Positions 1 to 8,830 are shown, numbered from the stretch's first letter. The stretch: 64,000 nt of DNA from a bacterium (GCA_026705465.1 JAPPAP010000004.1:20337-84336); one strand, 5' to 3'. Translations and numbers: made by a program. Notes: generated from the sequence alone by a model not told the origin.

Positions 1-1703
1 ACCGGGCCACCGCCATCTGGCACCAAGCCGCCGACGCCGGCCTGCCCCGTATCGTGTTCGTGAACAAGCTTGACCGGGAGCACGCCAGCTTCGAGAACGT
101 CCTCACCGAGCTGCAAGACGCTTTCGGCGCGGGCGTCGCCCCTCTGGAACTGCCCATCGGCGACGGCCCCAGCTTCCATGGCATCGCCGACCTGCTCACC
201 GACAAGGCCTACATCTACGACAGCGGCGCCGCAGAGGAAGTCGACATCCCGGCCGAGATGGAGGATCAGGAGGCCGAGGTCCACGAGCAGCTCGTGGAAG
301 GCATCGTGGTGGCCGATGACGACATGCTGGAGCAGTACCTGGATGGCAATGTCCCCAGTCCCTCCGAGCTCGAAGTAGTGCTTGGACGCGGCGTAGCCGA
401 CGGTTCGGTGTTCCCCGTGGTGTGCGGCTCGGCCACCGGTCCCATTGCGGTGGACCGACTGGCCAATTTCCTGGTGGAAATCGGACCTCCCCCCACCACC
501 CGGGCCATGACCGTCACCATGAGCGACATCGACTCCGAGCCGGCATGCGACCCCAACGGCGACCAGCTTGCCTGTGTGTTCAAGACCATCAGCGACGACT
601 ACGTCGGCCAGATCTCGCTGTTCCGGGTGCTGTCGGGCACCATCCGCCGAGACGACAACCTCACCAACTCCACCACCGGCGACAGCGAGCGGCTGCGAGG
701 CCTGGTCAGCCTGGTGGGCGGAAAGCAACAGGACATCGACAGCATCTCCGCCGGCGACATCGGTGGCGTAACCAAGCTCCAGCAGACTCGCACTGCCGAC
801 ACCCTCACCAATGCCGGTCGGGCGGTTGTCCAGTTGGAGCCCTGGCCCGAGCCGGTGCTGGCCTACGGGCTGTTGCCTAAGACCAGAGCGGCCGAGGACA
901 AGCTGGGCACCGGGCTGCGGCGCCTCACCGACGAGGACCCCTCACTGCGCTTGGAGCGCAGCGAAGAGACCCGCCAGACCCTGCTGTGGGGATTGGGCGA
1001 AGCTCATCTGCGCCTGGCTATCGCCCGCCTCGATCGCATGGGCATCGAGGTGGAGACCGAGGATTTGCGGGTGCCCTATCGCCAGACCATCTCCGGCAAT
1101 GGCGATGCCGAGGGCAAGCACAAGAAGCAGTCCGGCGGCCACGGTCAGTTCGGCGTGGCCTACGTGCGCATCGAGCCAATGCCCCGGGGCAGCGGCTTCG
1201 AGTTCGTGGACGCCATCACCGGGGGGTCGATTCCCCGGTCGTACATCCCCGCAGTGGAAGCCGGCATCCGCGACGCCATGGCCGACGGAGGCGATCTGGG
1301 CTTCCCCATCGTGGACATCAAGGCCACGGTGTATGACGGCAAGCACCACTCGGTGGACTCCTCGGAGTTCAGCTTCAACATGGCCGGCAAGCTGGCCTTC
1401 AGCGCAGCCTTCGCCCAGGCCAATCCCGTCGTGCTCGAACCCATGGCCCAAGTGGAGATCACTGTGGCCCCCGAGTATCAGGGCGACGTGATGGGCGATC
1501 TGTCGTCTCGCCGGGGTCAAGTGCAGGGAACCGACGCCGGTGCGTGGGGCGAGCAGGTGATCCACGCCATCGTCCCCGAGGCCGAGCTGGTGCGCTACGC
1601 CATCGAATTGCGGTCGCTTACCGGCGGGCGAGCCCGGTTCAAGGCCGAGCGGGTGGCCTACGAGATTCTCAGCGGTGCCCTCCCCGAAGCGGCCACTGCC
1701 TGA
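1..1703 (+). CDS. Elongation factor G-like GTPase, 5'-truncated by the window edge
   Basis: Frame 3 is open from nt 3 (RATAIWHQAADAGLPRIVFVNKLDRE...). EF-G-type motifs are present (VNKLDR, GHGQFG, SYIPAVEAG, YDGKHHSVDSSE, C-terminal domain IV/V-like sequence). It is not followed by tuf or ribosomal protein genes, so it looks like a paralog. Confidence 0.85.
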   Translation, partial: RATAIWHQAADAGLPRIVFVNKLDREHASFENVLTELQDAFGAGVAPLELPIGDGPSFHGIADLLTDKAYIYDSGAAEEVDIPAEMEDQEAEVHEQLVEGIVVADDDMLEQYLDGNVPSPSELEVVLGRGVADGSVFPVVCGSATGPIAVDRLANFLVEIGPPPTTRAMTVTMSDIDSEPACDPNGDQLACVFKTISDDYVGQISLFRVLSGTIRRDDNLTNSTTGDSERLRGLVSLVGGKQQDIDSISAGDIGGVTKLQQTRTADTLTNAGRAVVQLEPWPEPVLAYGLLPKTRAAEDKLGTGLRRLTDEDPSLRLERSEETRQTLLWGLGEAHLRLAIARLDRMGIEVETEDLRVPYRQTISGNGDAEGKHKKQSGGHGQFGVAYVRIEPMPRGSGFEFVDAITGGSIPRSYIPAVEAGIRDAMADGGDLGFPIVDIKATVYDGKHHSVDSSEFSFNMAGKLAFSAAFAQANPVVLEPMAQVEITVAPEYQGDVMGDLSSRRGQVQGTDAGAWGEQVIHAIVPEAELVRYAIELRSLTGGRARFKAERVAYEILSGALPEAATA

Positions 1704-1731
1704 TTCAGCCGTCGAACAGTAGACTGGACAG

Positions 1732-2019
1732 ATGCCCGAATCGGAGGAAACCGAGGATCTGGGGGCGAGGTCCGAACCCGAGAGTGCCGAGGAACTGGAG
1801 TTCCAGTGGGCTGATCCGCGGGACTACGAGCCGCCGGAAGGGGTGATGCAGAAAGTCACCGGCTCGGCGGGCGGATCGGCCATCGGCGCGGCCATGGTGG
1901 CTCTGGGCGAGATCTTGGAGCCAGAGAAGGTCCGGGTAGAGATCCAGCAGGAAGACGATGAGCCCGAACCCGATATGCCCTTCACCATCGACTTCGGCGA
2001 CCTGCCCCCGCTGACCTAG
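1732..2019 (+). CDS. Small acidic hypothetical protein (95 aa)
   Basis: ATG ORF with a strong G/C third-position bias like its neighbours. Very acidic (E/D-rich) sequence with no recognisable domain. Confidence 0.5.
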   Translation: MPESEETEDLGARSEPESAEELEFQWADPRDYEPPEGVMQKVTGSAGGSAIGAAMVALGEILEPEKVRVEIQQEDDEPEPDMPFTIDFGDLPPLT

Positions 2020-3409
2020 ATGTTCCCAGTCCGGGCGACCACCGGGCCGATAGCGCCGACAACGAGCCGATGGCAGCGGCCAGGATGAATATGGCGAAGT
2101 ACCGCTCTGCGGACTCGCTCGATCCCAGCACGGTGATCATGATGGTGATGCCGGTAGCCGCTCCGAAGTGACCGATCATCTGCAAAGCGCCCGAAGCCAC
2201 TCCTAGATCGGAGTCGTCCACCGAGTTGGCCACTCCCGCTACTGCGGGCGGTCGAATGGTCCCCTGGCCAATCCCGGCCACAAACAGCAGCACGATCACC
2301 GCGGCCAGCCAACCGGCCAAGATGGCCGCCCCGGTTCCGGCCATCGCCGCCGACATGATGAGCGCCCCGGATACCATGACCGTCCGCCCGCCCCACCGCG
2401 ACTCCACCCGTCCGGCGTACCACGCGCCGACGCTGAACCCCACCGGCCGGGCGATAAGCGCAGCGGAAATTCGGCTGACTTCGGTGATGCCGAACGCCCC
2501 CTCCAGCATGAAGGGGGCCACCACCAACGTGCCCATGTACGCCATGTGGGCCAGGAATGTGACCAGGTTGGGAACCACGAACCCTCGTCGGCCCAAGAAC
2601 TCCAGTGGAAAGAGCGGATCGGCGGTGTGGCGCTCGATGGCAGCAAACAACATGAAGGCCAGGGGACCGACTGCCAGTCCGGCTACCACGAGCGGATGAC
2701 CCCAACCCCATTCTGGGCCCCGGTTGATGGCCATCAGCAGGCCGGTCACCGCCACCCCGAGGCTGATTGCGCCACCGATGTCGAAGCGCACCTCGGGCTT
2801 GCGAGTGGTCTCGGGCAACAGCGGAATAGCGGCCAACAGCGCGATCATCGACGGCACGGCTTGAATGAAGAAGATGGTTCGCCACCCGAAGGCATCCACC
2901 ATGAACCCGCCCAAGGCCACCCCGATGGCCGGCGACAGGGCGGTGACTGCCGTCCAATAGCCCAAGGCCACCGCCCGCTCCCGCCGGGCGAACACCGTCA
3001 TGATGATGGCCATGGACGCCGGGAGGGTGGCCGCCCCGATGAACTGGCCCAGCGTTCGCATGGCCACCAGCGAACCGACGTTCCAGGCCAATCCGGTCAA
3101 AACCGCGAACCCGGTGGCCAAGGCGTATCCCCACAGGTACAGCCGCCGGTGGCCGTAGAGGTCGCCGACCTTGCCGGCAATGGGAGTGCCCACCGCCATG
3201 GCGATCAGCGGGGCAGTCTGCACCCAGCTCACCGCACTCTCCGATGTGGCGAGGTCGTCGGCGATCACGGGCAGCGATGCCGACAGAATCGTGATCGGGA
3301 TGCTGGTGGAGGCGATGCCGGCCATGGTGAGGCCGAGCACCGCCCAGCGGTAGTTGGGCCAATCCTGGAACTGCCGGCGCCGATCAGTCCACGGGGATCT
3401 GGTTCTCAC
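1982..3409 (-). CDS. MFS transporter (multidrug-efflux-like, many TM segments)
   Basis: Hydrophobic multi-TM translation with MFS-like motifs (GKVGDLYGHRRLY, LGQFIGAATLP). The ORF-track N-terminus overlaps the upstream gene. A GTG at 3409 directly after the upstream stop is the plausible start. Confidence 0.8.
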   Translation of the reverse strand: MRTRSPWTDRRRQFQDWPNYRWAVLGLTMAGIASTSIPITILSASLPVIADDLATSESAVSWVQTAPLIAMAVGTPIAGKVGDLYGHRRLYLWGYALATGFAVLTGLAWNVGSLVAMRTLGQFIGAATLPASMAIIMTVFARRERAVALGYWTAVTALSPAIGVALGGFMVDAFGWRTIFFIQAVPSMIALLAAIPLLPETTRKPEVRFDIGGAISLGVAVTGLLMAINRGPEWGWGHPLVVAGLAVGPLAFMLFAAIERHTADPLFPLEFLGRRGFVVPNLVTFLAHMAYMGTLVVAPFMLEGAFGITEVSRISAALIARPVGFSVGAWYAGRVESRWGGRTVMVSGALIMSAAMAGTGAAILAGWLAAVIVLLFVAGIGQGTIRPPAVAGVANSVDDSDLGVASGALQMIGHFGAATGITIMITVLGSSESAERYFAIFILAAAIGSLSALSARWSPGLGTSRSAGAGRRSRW

Positions 3410-4389
3410 CCCCCGGCCGCAGATCCAGCGTTCGGCCCGAGTTTGGCTCGCAGGTCGGATTCGACGGCCTTGATCAACTCCCCGGCGTGCTCGTTGCGCA
3501 ACTCGGCCAGGCGGGGCGCGCCCGCGGCCGCCTCGGCGTCCCATTCGTCGGCGAAGCGGCCTGAAGTGATGTCTTCGATCAGCTCTCGCATGGTGGTGGC
3601 CACGTCCACGTGGTCGAACCGTCCCCTTCGGGAGAGCTGGCCGTACTGGCTGGCCGGGGAGTGGTGGTCGAGCTGGGCCACGAAGCCGATCTCCCGCAGC
3701 AGCCGATAGTTGCGCTCCACCTCCCCGGAATAGAACAGCTCGGTGGTGATGGCCTCCAGCGGGATGCCCAGCTCCAACAGCACCAGCACGAAGTTGACGT
3801 TCACATGGGTCAGCACCGGGGACAACAACTGCTCCACTGCCAAATCCAGCACCGCTTCCTGATGGGGAGTCATGGCGATGGCCCCCTGGCGCAGCCCACC
3901 GATGGCCTTGGCCACCGCCAGCATTCGGGACTGGGCCGTGTTGGTAACATCCCGGTGTACGCCCACCGCAGTGATAAAGCCAACCCCTTCCTCGTAACAG
4001 CGCCGCACCTCGGGGCCCAGCATCCGGGGGGCAACCATGGCGATGTCGCCGTCGGGGGTGAATCGGTCGAAGGCCAGGGTGTAGCCGCTGGCCACGATGG
4101 TGAGCGCCTCAGGGCGAGGGTCGAGACCCAAATGGGGAATGGAGTCGTCGGGGATCAGCACGCAGATGACGTCGGCCGACGAAGCATCAGCGATGTCGCC
4201 AGCGTCGAATCCGTCGGCGATGGCCTGTTCCCTGGTCTCATCGGCCCGTACATGCACTGATACCGCCAAGCCCGAATCCCGCAGATTGAGCGCCCACGGC
4301 CTCCCCTGGTTGCCGTAGCCAACCACCGCCACCTGCTGGCCGACCAGTGCGCCGAGATCAGCGTCTTGCTCGTAGAAGAAATCGGTCAT
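3406..4389 (-). CDS. Ketol-acid reductoisomerase family protein (IlvC-like, divergent)
   Basis: N-terminal Rossmann motif VAVVGYGNQGRPWALNLRDSG and KARI-like C-terminal knotted-domain sequence. Start taken at MTDFFYEQ (4389). No ilvB/ilvN neighbours. Confidence 0.75.
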   Translation of the reverse strand: MTDFFYEQDADLGALVGQQVAVVGYGNQGRPWALNLRDSGLAVSVHVRADETREQAIADGFDAGDIADASSADVICVLIPDDSIPHLGLDPRPEALTIVASGYTLAFDRFTPDGDIAMVAPRMLGPEVRRCYEEGVGFITAVGVHRDVTNTAQSRMLAVAKAIGGLRQGAIAMTPHQEAVLDLAVEQLLSPVLTHVNVNFVLVLLELGIPLEAITTELFYSGEVERNYRLLREIGFVAQLDHHSPASQYGQLSRRGRFDHVDVATTMRELIEDITSGRFADEWDAEAAAGAPRLAELRNEHAGELIKAVESDLRAKLGPNAGSAAGG

Positions 4390-4466
4390 GGCCCCACTCT
4401 CCCAAATCGGCGGTCGATCAGCCGAGGCGAACTGATGCCCCCACCATGCTTGTGCCAATATTTGCT

Positions 4467-5714
4467 ATGACCACTCCGGCGGCTTCCACTGTTCCATTGG
4501 AGGCTCAGACGGTGATCGATCCTGAAGTCTGGGCCAATCCCTACCCGTTATTCGAGCGACTTCGCCGGGAGCATCCGGTGTGGCTGGTGCCGGGTCTCGA
4601 CATGGCCTTCGTGGCCACCCATGACCTCATCGTGGACGCCCTGCGCCGGATCGACGACTTCTCCAACCACCTCGACGTGCTGGTGGCCACCGGCGAAGAC
4701 GGCAGCCCCTTTCTGTTCCGCACCGACGAGTTCGGGGAGGGTACCACCACACTGGCCACCGCCGACCCGCCCGAGCACACCATGCATCGCAGCGTGGTGT
4801 TCCCCGAGCTGGTGGCTCGCCGCATGGAGGCCATGCGACCCGAGATCGAGGCCTTCATCGACGAGCAGTTCGCGGACGCCCGTTCGCAGGGCAACAGAGT
4901 GGAGTGGGCCAACACCGTGGCTCATCCCGTTCCCGCCCGGGTCATCGGGCGGTTAATCGGGCTGCCCGACGAGGACTGGCCCGATGTGATGAAGTGGGCT
5001 CTCCACGGTGGCCAACTGTTGGCCGGCTTCCACACGCGGGAGACTATGAACGCCATCTCCCAGGAAAACTCCGGTGCGAGCCGCTTCTTGTACGCCAAGC
5101 TCGCCGAGGCCTGCGAAAACCCGGGCGACGATCTGATGGGGGTGTGCGCCAAGGCCATGGCCAACGACGACATAAGCAGGGGTGAGGCCATCGGCACCCT
5201 CACGGTGCTTCTCGGCGCTGGCGGGGAGTCCACGGCTTCGCTCATCGGAAACGCGGTGCGAATGCTGGCCGATGATCCCGGCCTCCAAGAACAGATCCGG
5301 GCCGACCACGGCCTCATCGACAACTTCATCGAAGAGGCTGTGCGGCTGGAGTCGCCGTTCCGAGGCCACTACCGGCAGGTCAAGCGCGATTGCGAGCTGG
5401 GAGGTGTGAGCCTGAAGGCCGGCACCACCGCTTTCTTGCTGTGGTCTTCGGCCAACCGCGACCCCGCCGAGCACGACCGGCCCGACGAGGTGGTGCTGGA
5501 CCGCCGCCTCCCCCGTAGCCACCTGGCATTCGGCCGGGGCATCCACCACTGCGTGGGCGCCCCGCTGGCTCGATTGGAGACCTCCTGCTCGCTCAGTCGG
5601 CTCCTGGAGGAAACCAGCTGGTTCTCCTTGGCCGCAGATGACCCGCCCCAATGGGAGAAGAGCATGTTCATCCGCCGCCACGAACATCTCCCCTTGGACG
5701 TGACTTGGAACTAG
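4467..5714 (+). CDS. Cytochrome P450
   Basis: Heme-binding loop FGRGIHHCVGAPLA, an ExxR-type region (EEAVRLESPFR) and an I-helix-like LLGAGGESTA. The start could be the ATG at 4446 or 4467. Confidence 0.9.
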   Translation: MTTPAASTVPLEAQTVIDPEVWANPYPLFERLRREHPVWLVPGLDMAFVATHDLIVDALRRIDDFSNHLDVLVATGEDGSPFLFRTDEFGEGTTTLATADPPEHTMHRSVVFPELVARRMEAMRPEIEAFIDEQFADARSQGNRVEWANTVAHPVPARVIGRLIGLPDEDWPDVMKWALHGGQLLAGFHTRETMNAISQENSGASRFLYAKLAEACENPGDDLMGVCAKAMANDDISRGEAIGTLTVLLGAGGESTASLIGNAVRMLADDPGLQEQIRADHGLIDNFIEEAVRLESPFRGHYRQVKRDCELGGVSLKAGTTAFLLWSSANRDPAEHDRPDEVVLDRRLPRSHLAFGRGIHHCVGAPLARLETSCSLSRLLEETSWFSLAADDPPQWEKSMFIRRHEHLPLDVTWN

Positions 5715-5741
5715 CCGATTGCCCGGCTTGCAGACCTAGGG

Positions 5742-6521
5742 TTGCGGGCCATGGGTGATTTTTCTGGGCGAGCCGGCGGGGCGCTGGTCACCGGGGGCAG
5801 CGGCGGTATTGGTGCGGCGATCTGCCAGCTTCTGGCCGAGCGGGGCAGTCCGGTGGCATTCACCTACCGGTCCAATGCAGAGGCCGCCGAGGAGGTGGCC
5901 GACGAGGTGCGATCCGCGGGCGTGGATGCCCACATAGGAAATCCCGCGTTGGAGGATGCCGATGCCATGCGGGAGTTTGCCGCCGAGGCCGCCGAGCGGC
6001 TGGGTGGATTGCATACCGTGGTGAGCGCGGCTGGTCCCCACGTACCCCAGATGTACGTATCGCAGACCGACCCCGACTTGTTCGCCCGTCAGATCGATGC
6101 CGATGTGGTGGGCGCCTTCAACCTCACGGTGGCTGTGCTCCCCCACCTGCGGGCTAGGGGTGGCAGCATCGTGTATGTCACCACTGCCGCCACCACCGTG
6201 TTCCCCAAGCGGGACGCGCTCTCGTCGATACCCAAGGGGGCGGTGGAATCGCTCATGCGGGCGGTGGCCGTCGAAGAGGGCCGTTTCGGGATCAGGGCCA
6301 ACTGCGTGGGACCGGGCATGCTGGAAGACGGCATGGCCGCCCGCCTCATAGCCGACGGCGATTTGGACGACCGGGCCTTAGAGGTGGCCCGCACCAACAT
6401 CCCCCTCGGCCGTTTCGGCAAGGCGGTGGACATCGCCGAGGCTGCCTGCTTCTTGGCCTCCGACGCCGCCAACTACATCAGCGGCCAGAAGCTTGATATC
6501 GACGGCGCCTTCACTATCTGA
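5742..6521 (+). CDS. SDR family oxidoreductase
   Basis: Glycine-rich cofactor motif VTGGSGGIG, about 259 aa, SDR-like C-terminal GQKLDIDG. Confidence 0.85.
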   Translation: MRAMGDFSGRAGGALVTGGSGGIGAAICQLLAERGSPVAFTYRSNAEAAEEVADEVRSAGVDAHIGNPALEDADAMREFAAEAAERLGGLHTVVSAAGPHVPQMYVSQTDPDLFARQIDADVVGAFNLTVAVLPHLRARGGSIVYVTTAATTVFPKRDALSSIPKGAVESLMRAVAVEEGRFGIRANCVGPGMLEDGMAARLIADGDLDDRALEVARTNIPLGRFGKAVDIAEAACFLASDAANYISGQKLDIDGAFTI

Positions 6522-6535
6522 TCCGTCGCCTGCGC

Positions 6536-7357
6536 CTAGTCCCGCTCCTCCACCGTTACCCGGTGCATGAGGCGGCGTTCGGTGTAGTCGGGGACGGCAA
6601 AGTGCTGGACGGCGCGGTTGTCCCAGAAGGCGATGGAGTCGACCGCCCAGCGGAAGCGGCACTGGAACTCGGGCGAGCGCACGTGGTTCAACAAGAACCC
6701 CAGCAGCGCGTCGCTCTCGGCCTCGGTCACTCCAACAAGGCGGGTGGTGAAGTTGCTGTTCACGAATAAGGCCCGCCGCCCGGTCTCGGGATGAACCCGC
6801 ACCACCGGCCGTATCAACTCCGGGTACTGGGCCTGCATGGTCTCCAGATGCTCTCGGGCGAGCCCTTCGTCGATGGCCCGAGTGAGGGTGTAGGTCAAGT
6901 CGTGAGCCGCCTCTAGTCCGTCAACCAGCGCCCGCATCGGTTCAGAGAGCTCCTCGTAGGCCTTGTACATGTTGGCAAAGCAGGTGTCACCGCCCACGTC
7001 GGGCATCTCCACCGCTCGGAGGACAGAACCAAGCGGCGGGTTGGGCATATAGGTGTTGTCGCTGTGCCAGCGGGCGGCCAGCCCCCCGACCGGAGCCACC
7101 TGATCGAGCACGGTGATCGCGGGATGGGTGTCCAGCTTGGGGCCGAACGGTGCCACGTTGATGGTGCCGAACCGCTGTGCGAATGCCAAGTGCTGATCGG
7201 GGGTAATGGCCTGATCTCGGAAGAACACCACCAGATGGTCGAGCAGGGCCTGACGGATGGCGGCCACCGTGGGGTCATCGAGCTCCTCCCGCAAATCCAC
7301 CCCGAAGATCTCAGCCCCAATGTCGGAGGTCAGCGGGCGGATGTCCAGCGCGGTCAC
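6536..7357 (-). CDS. TauD/TfdA family Fe(II)/2-oxoglutarate dioxygenase
   Basis: Translation resembles the taurine dioxygenase family (WHSDNTY..., RLMHRVTV). GTG start at 7357, just after the marR stop (TAG at 7362-7364). Confidence 0.85.
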   Translation of the reverse strand: MTALDIRPLTSDIGAEIFGVDLREELDDPTVAAIRQALLDHLVVFFRDQAITPDQHLAFAQRFGTINVAPFGPKLDTHPAITVLDQVAPVGGLAARWHSDNTYMPNPPLGSVLRAVEMPDVGGDTCFANMYKAYEELSEPMRALVDGLEAAHDLTYTLTRAIDEGLAREHLETMQAQYPELIRPVVRVHPETGRRALFVNSNFTTRLVGVTEAESDALLGFLLNHVRSPEFQCRFRWAVDSIAFWDNRAVQHFAVPDYTERRLMHRVTVEERD

Positions 7358-7361
7358 CGCG

Positions 7362-7865
7362 CTACTCGGCTTGCTCGTCGAAATCTCCGGCGTCTTTTCG
7401 CAGGGTGCGGATGGCATCGTCCAATGCACCCAGGGTCTCTGCCGACAGCCCGGCCAAGCCGAACTCGATATCGGCCAGCGCATCGGCTGCCTTGGCCACT
7501 ACCCGGCGCCCCTCTTCGGTGATCTCGGCCAACACTGTTCGGCGGTCATCGGCGTGGGGAACCCTTCGGACCAGCCCGTCGCGCTCGAGGCGGTCGATGG
7601 CATTGGTGACACTGGTGGGATGGACCATCAGCCGGACGCCCATCTTGCCCAGTGGCAGCGAGCCGCGCCGGGAGAAGTGGAGCAGGGCCAGGGCCTCGAA
7701 TCGGGAGAAGGTCAGATCGAACGGCGCCAGGGCCTCATTGATCCGCCCGATCACCAGTTGGTTGGCACGGGTGATCGACGTTGCCGCCGACATGGCGTCG
7801 ATGGCCCGCCAGTCGTTGGCCTCCCAGTTTCGCCGGGCTTCGCGGATCGGGTCGAAGGGCAGCAT
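7362..7865 (-). CDS. MarR family transcriptional regulator
   Basis: 167 aa with winged-HTH MarR-like sequence (TFSRFEALALLHF..., VTNAIDRLERDGLVRR..., DRRTVLAEIT). Confidence 0.85.
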   Translation of the reverse strand: MLPFDPIREARRNWEANDWRAIDAMSAATSITRANQLVIGRINEALAPFDLTFSRFEALALLHFSRRGSLPLGKMGVRLMVHPTSVTNAIDRLERDGLVRRVPHADDRRTVLAEITEEGRRVVAKAADALADIEFGLAGLSAETLGALDDAIRTLRKDAGDFDEQAE

Positions 7866-7869
7866 TCGA

Positions 7870-7888
7870 CCGTCACTCTAGGTGACGG
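7870..7888. promoter_or_regulatory. Perfect palindrome CCGTCAC-TCTAG-GTGACGG, candidate MarR operator
   Basis: 7-bp arms with a 5-bp spacer, read directly. It lies in the 94-bp divergent region between marR (start 7865) and the first ABM gene (start 7960). Confidence 0.35.
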
Positions 7889-7959
7889 CTGTCTGATCGC
7901 ACGATCCAGCCTCCCCAATGGCTACTCTGTGGCCGCTCGCCCCACTGTGAGGAGATCTC

Positions 7960-8259
7960 ATGATCGTCGTCGCCGGTTCCGTTTCCGTCCCCGCTGAGAA
8001 CACTGAGGCATTCAGGGCGGCCGCCGCCGACATTTCTGCGGCGTCGCGCACCCTGGACGGCAACATCGACTACTGCATCTCGATGCAGGCACCGGGCGTT
8101 TTCCGGTTCTTGGAAATCTGGGAGACCGAAGAAGCCATGATGGCCCAATTCGCCGCTCCCCACTTCGGGGCGTTCCAAGCCGCAGTCGGCGAGCTGGGCA
8201 TGGCTGGTATGGACGGCAAGAAATACGAAATCTCCTCAGTGGGGCCGCTGTTCGGATAG
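7960..8259 (+). CDS. ABM (antibiotic biosynthesis monooxygenase)-like small protein, copy 1
   Basis: 99 aa with the size and pattern (..FLEIWETEEAMMAQF..) of the dimeric alpha/beta-barrel ABM family. Tandem paralog of 8331-8630. Confidence 0.7.
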   Translation: MIVVAGSVSVPAENTEAFRAAAADISAASRTLDGNIDYCISMQAPGVFRFLEIWETEEAMMAQFAAPHFGAFQAAVGELGMAGMDGKKYEISSVGPLFG

Positions 8260-8330
8260 CAACCCGACCACAAACACCAGCGTCCCCCTGGCTACGCTGT
8301 GACCGCTCATTACCACTTTGAGGAGATCCC

Positions 8331-8630
8331 ATGATCGTCATCGCCGGCACTGGCTCCCTTCCCCCCGAAAACACTGACGCCTTCATGGCGGCCGCCAATG
8401 AGATGGCCGCCGCGTCCCGGGCCGAAGACGGAAACATCGAGTACTGCTTCTCGGTGGAAGCACCCGGGAAGATCCGCTTCTTCGAGATCTGGGAGAGCGA
8501 AGAGGCGCTGGGCGCCCATTTCACCGCTCCCCACATCGCGGCATTCGGGGCAGCCATCAGTGAATTGGGCATCACCGGTATGGACGGCAAGAAATACGAG
8601 GTTGCCTCGGTTAGCCCCCTGTTCGGTTAG
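8331..8630 (+). CDS. ABM-like small protein, copy 2
   Basis: 99 aa, about two-thirds identical by eye to copy 1, with the same length and the same C-terminus (PLFG-stop). Confidence 0.7.
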   Translation: MIVIAGTGSLPPENTDAFMAAANEMAAASRAEDGNIEYCFSVEAPGKIRFFEIWESEEALGAHFTAPHIAAFGAAISELGITGMDGKKYEVASVSPLFG

Positions 8631-8794
8631 TGGTGTGTCTTGGGTTTAGCGCCGTGGATTGCGACGGCAGCGGCGTTCCTCGCAAGGCGCACCGACGCAG
8701 CCATACCCGGAGCGTACGGCAAGGAGGAGCAACGCCGCGAGGGGCGTCGATGCCTAGCACGACACGCGCGAATAAACCCAAGACACACCACTAA
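8627..8794. mobile_element. MITE-like non-autonomous element with perfect 22-bp terminal inverted repeats
   Basis: TTAGTGGTGTGTCTTGGGTTTA (8627-8648) is the exact reverse complement of TAAACCCAAGACACACCACTAA (8773-8794). The 124-bp interior has further imperfect inverted symmetry and no credible ORF. Read another way, it has 19-bp TIRs flanked by TA/TA. Confidence 0.5.
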
Positions 8795-8806
8795 GTCGCT
8801 CAGCCA

Positions 8807-8830
8807 CCCGCCGCCATTCGGCGGGATTCA
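8807..8830 (+). terminator. Candidate intrinsic terminator hairpin downstream of ABM copy 2 and the MITE
   Basis: CCCGCCG-ccatt-CGGCGGG (7-bp GC stem, 5-nt loop) followed by ATTCA. The T-tract is weak. Confidence 0.4.
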
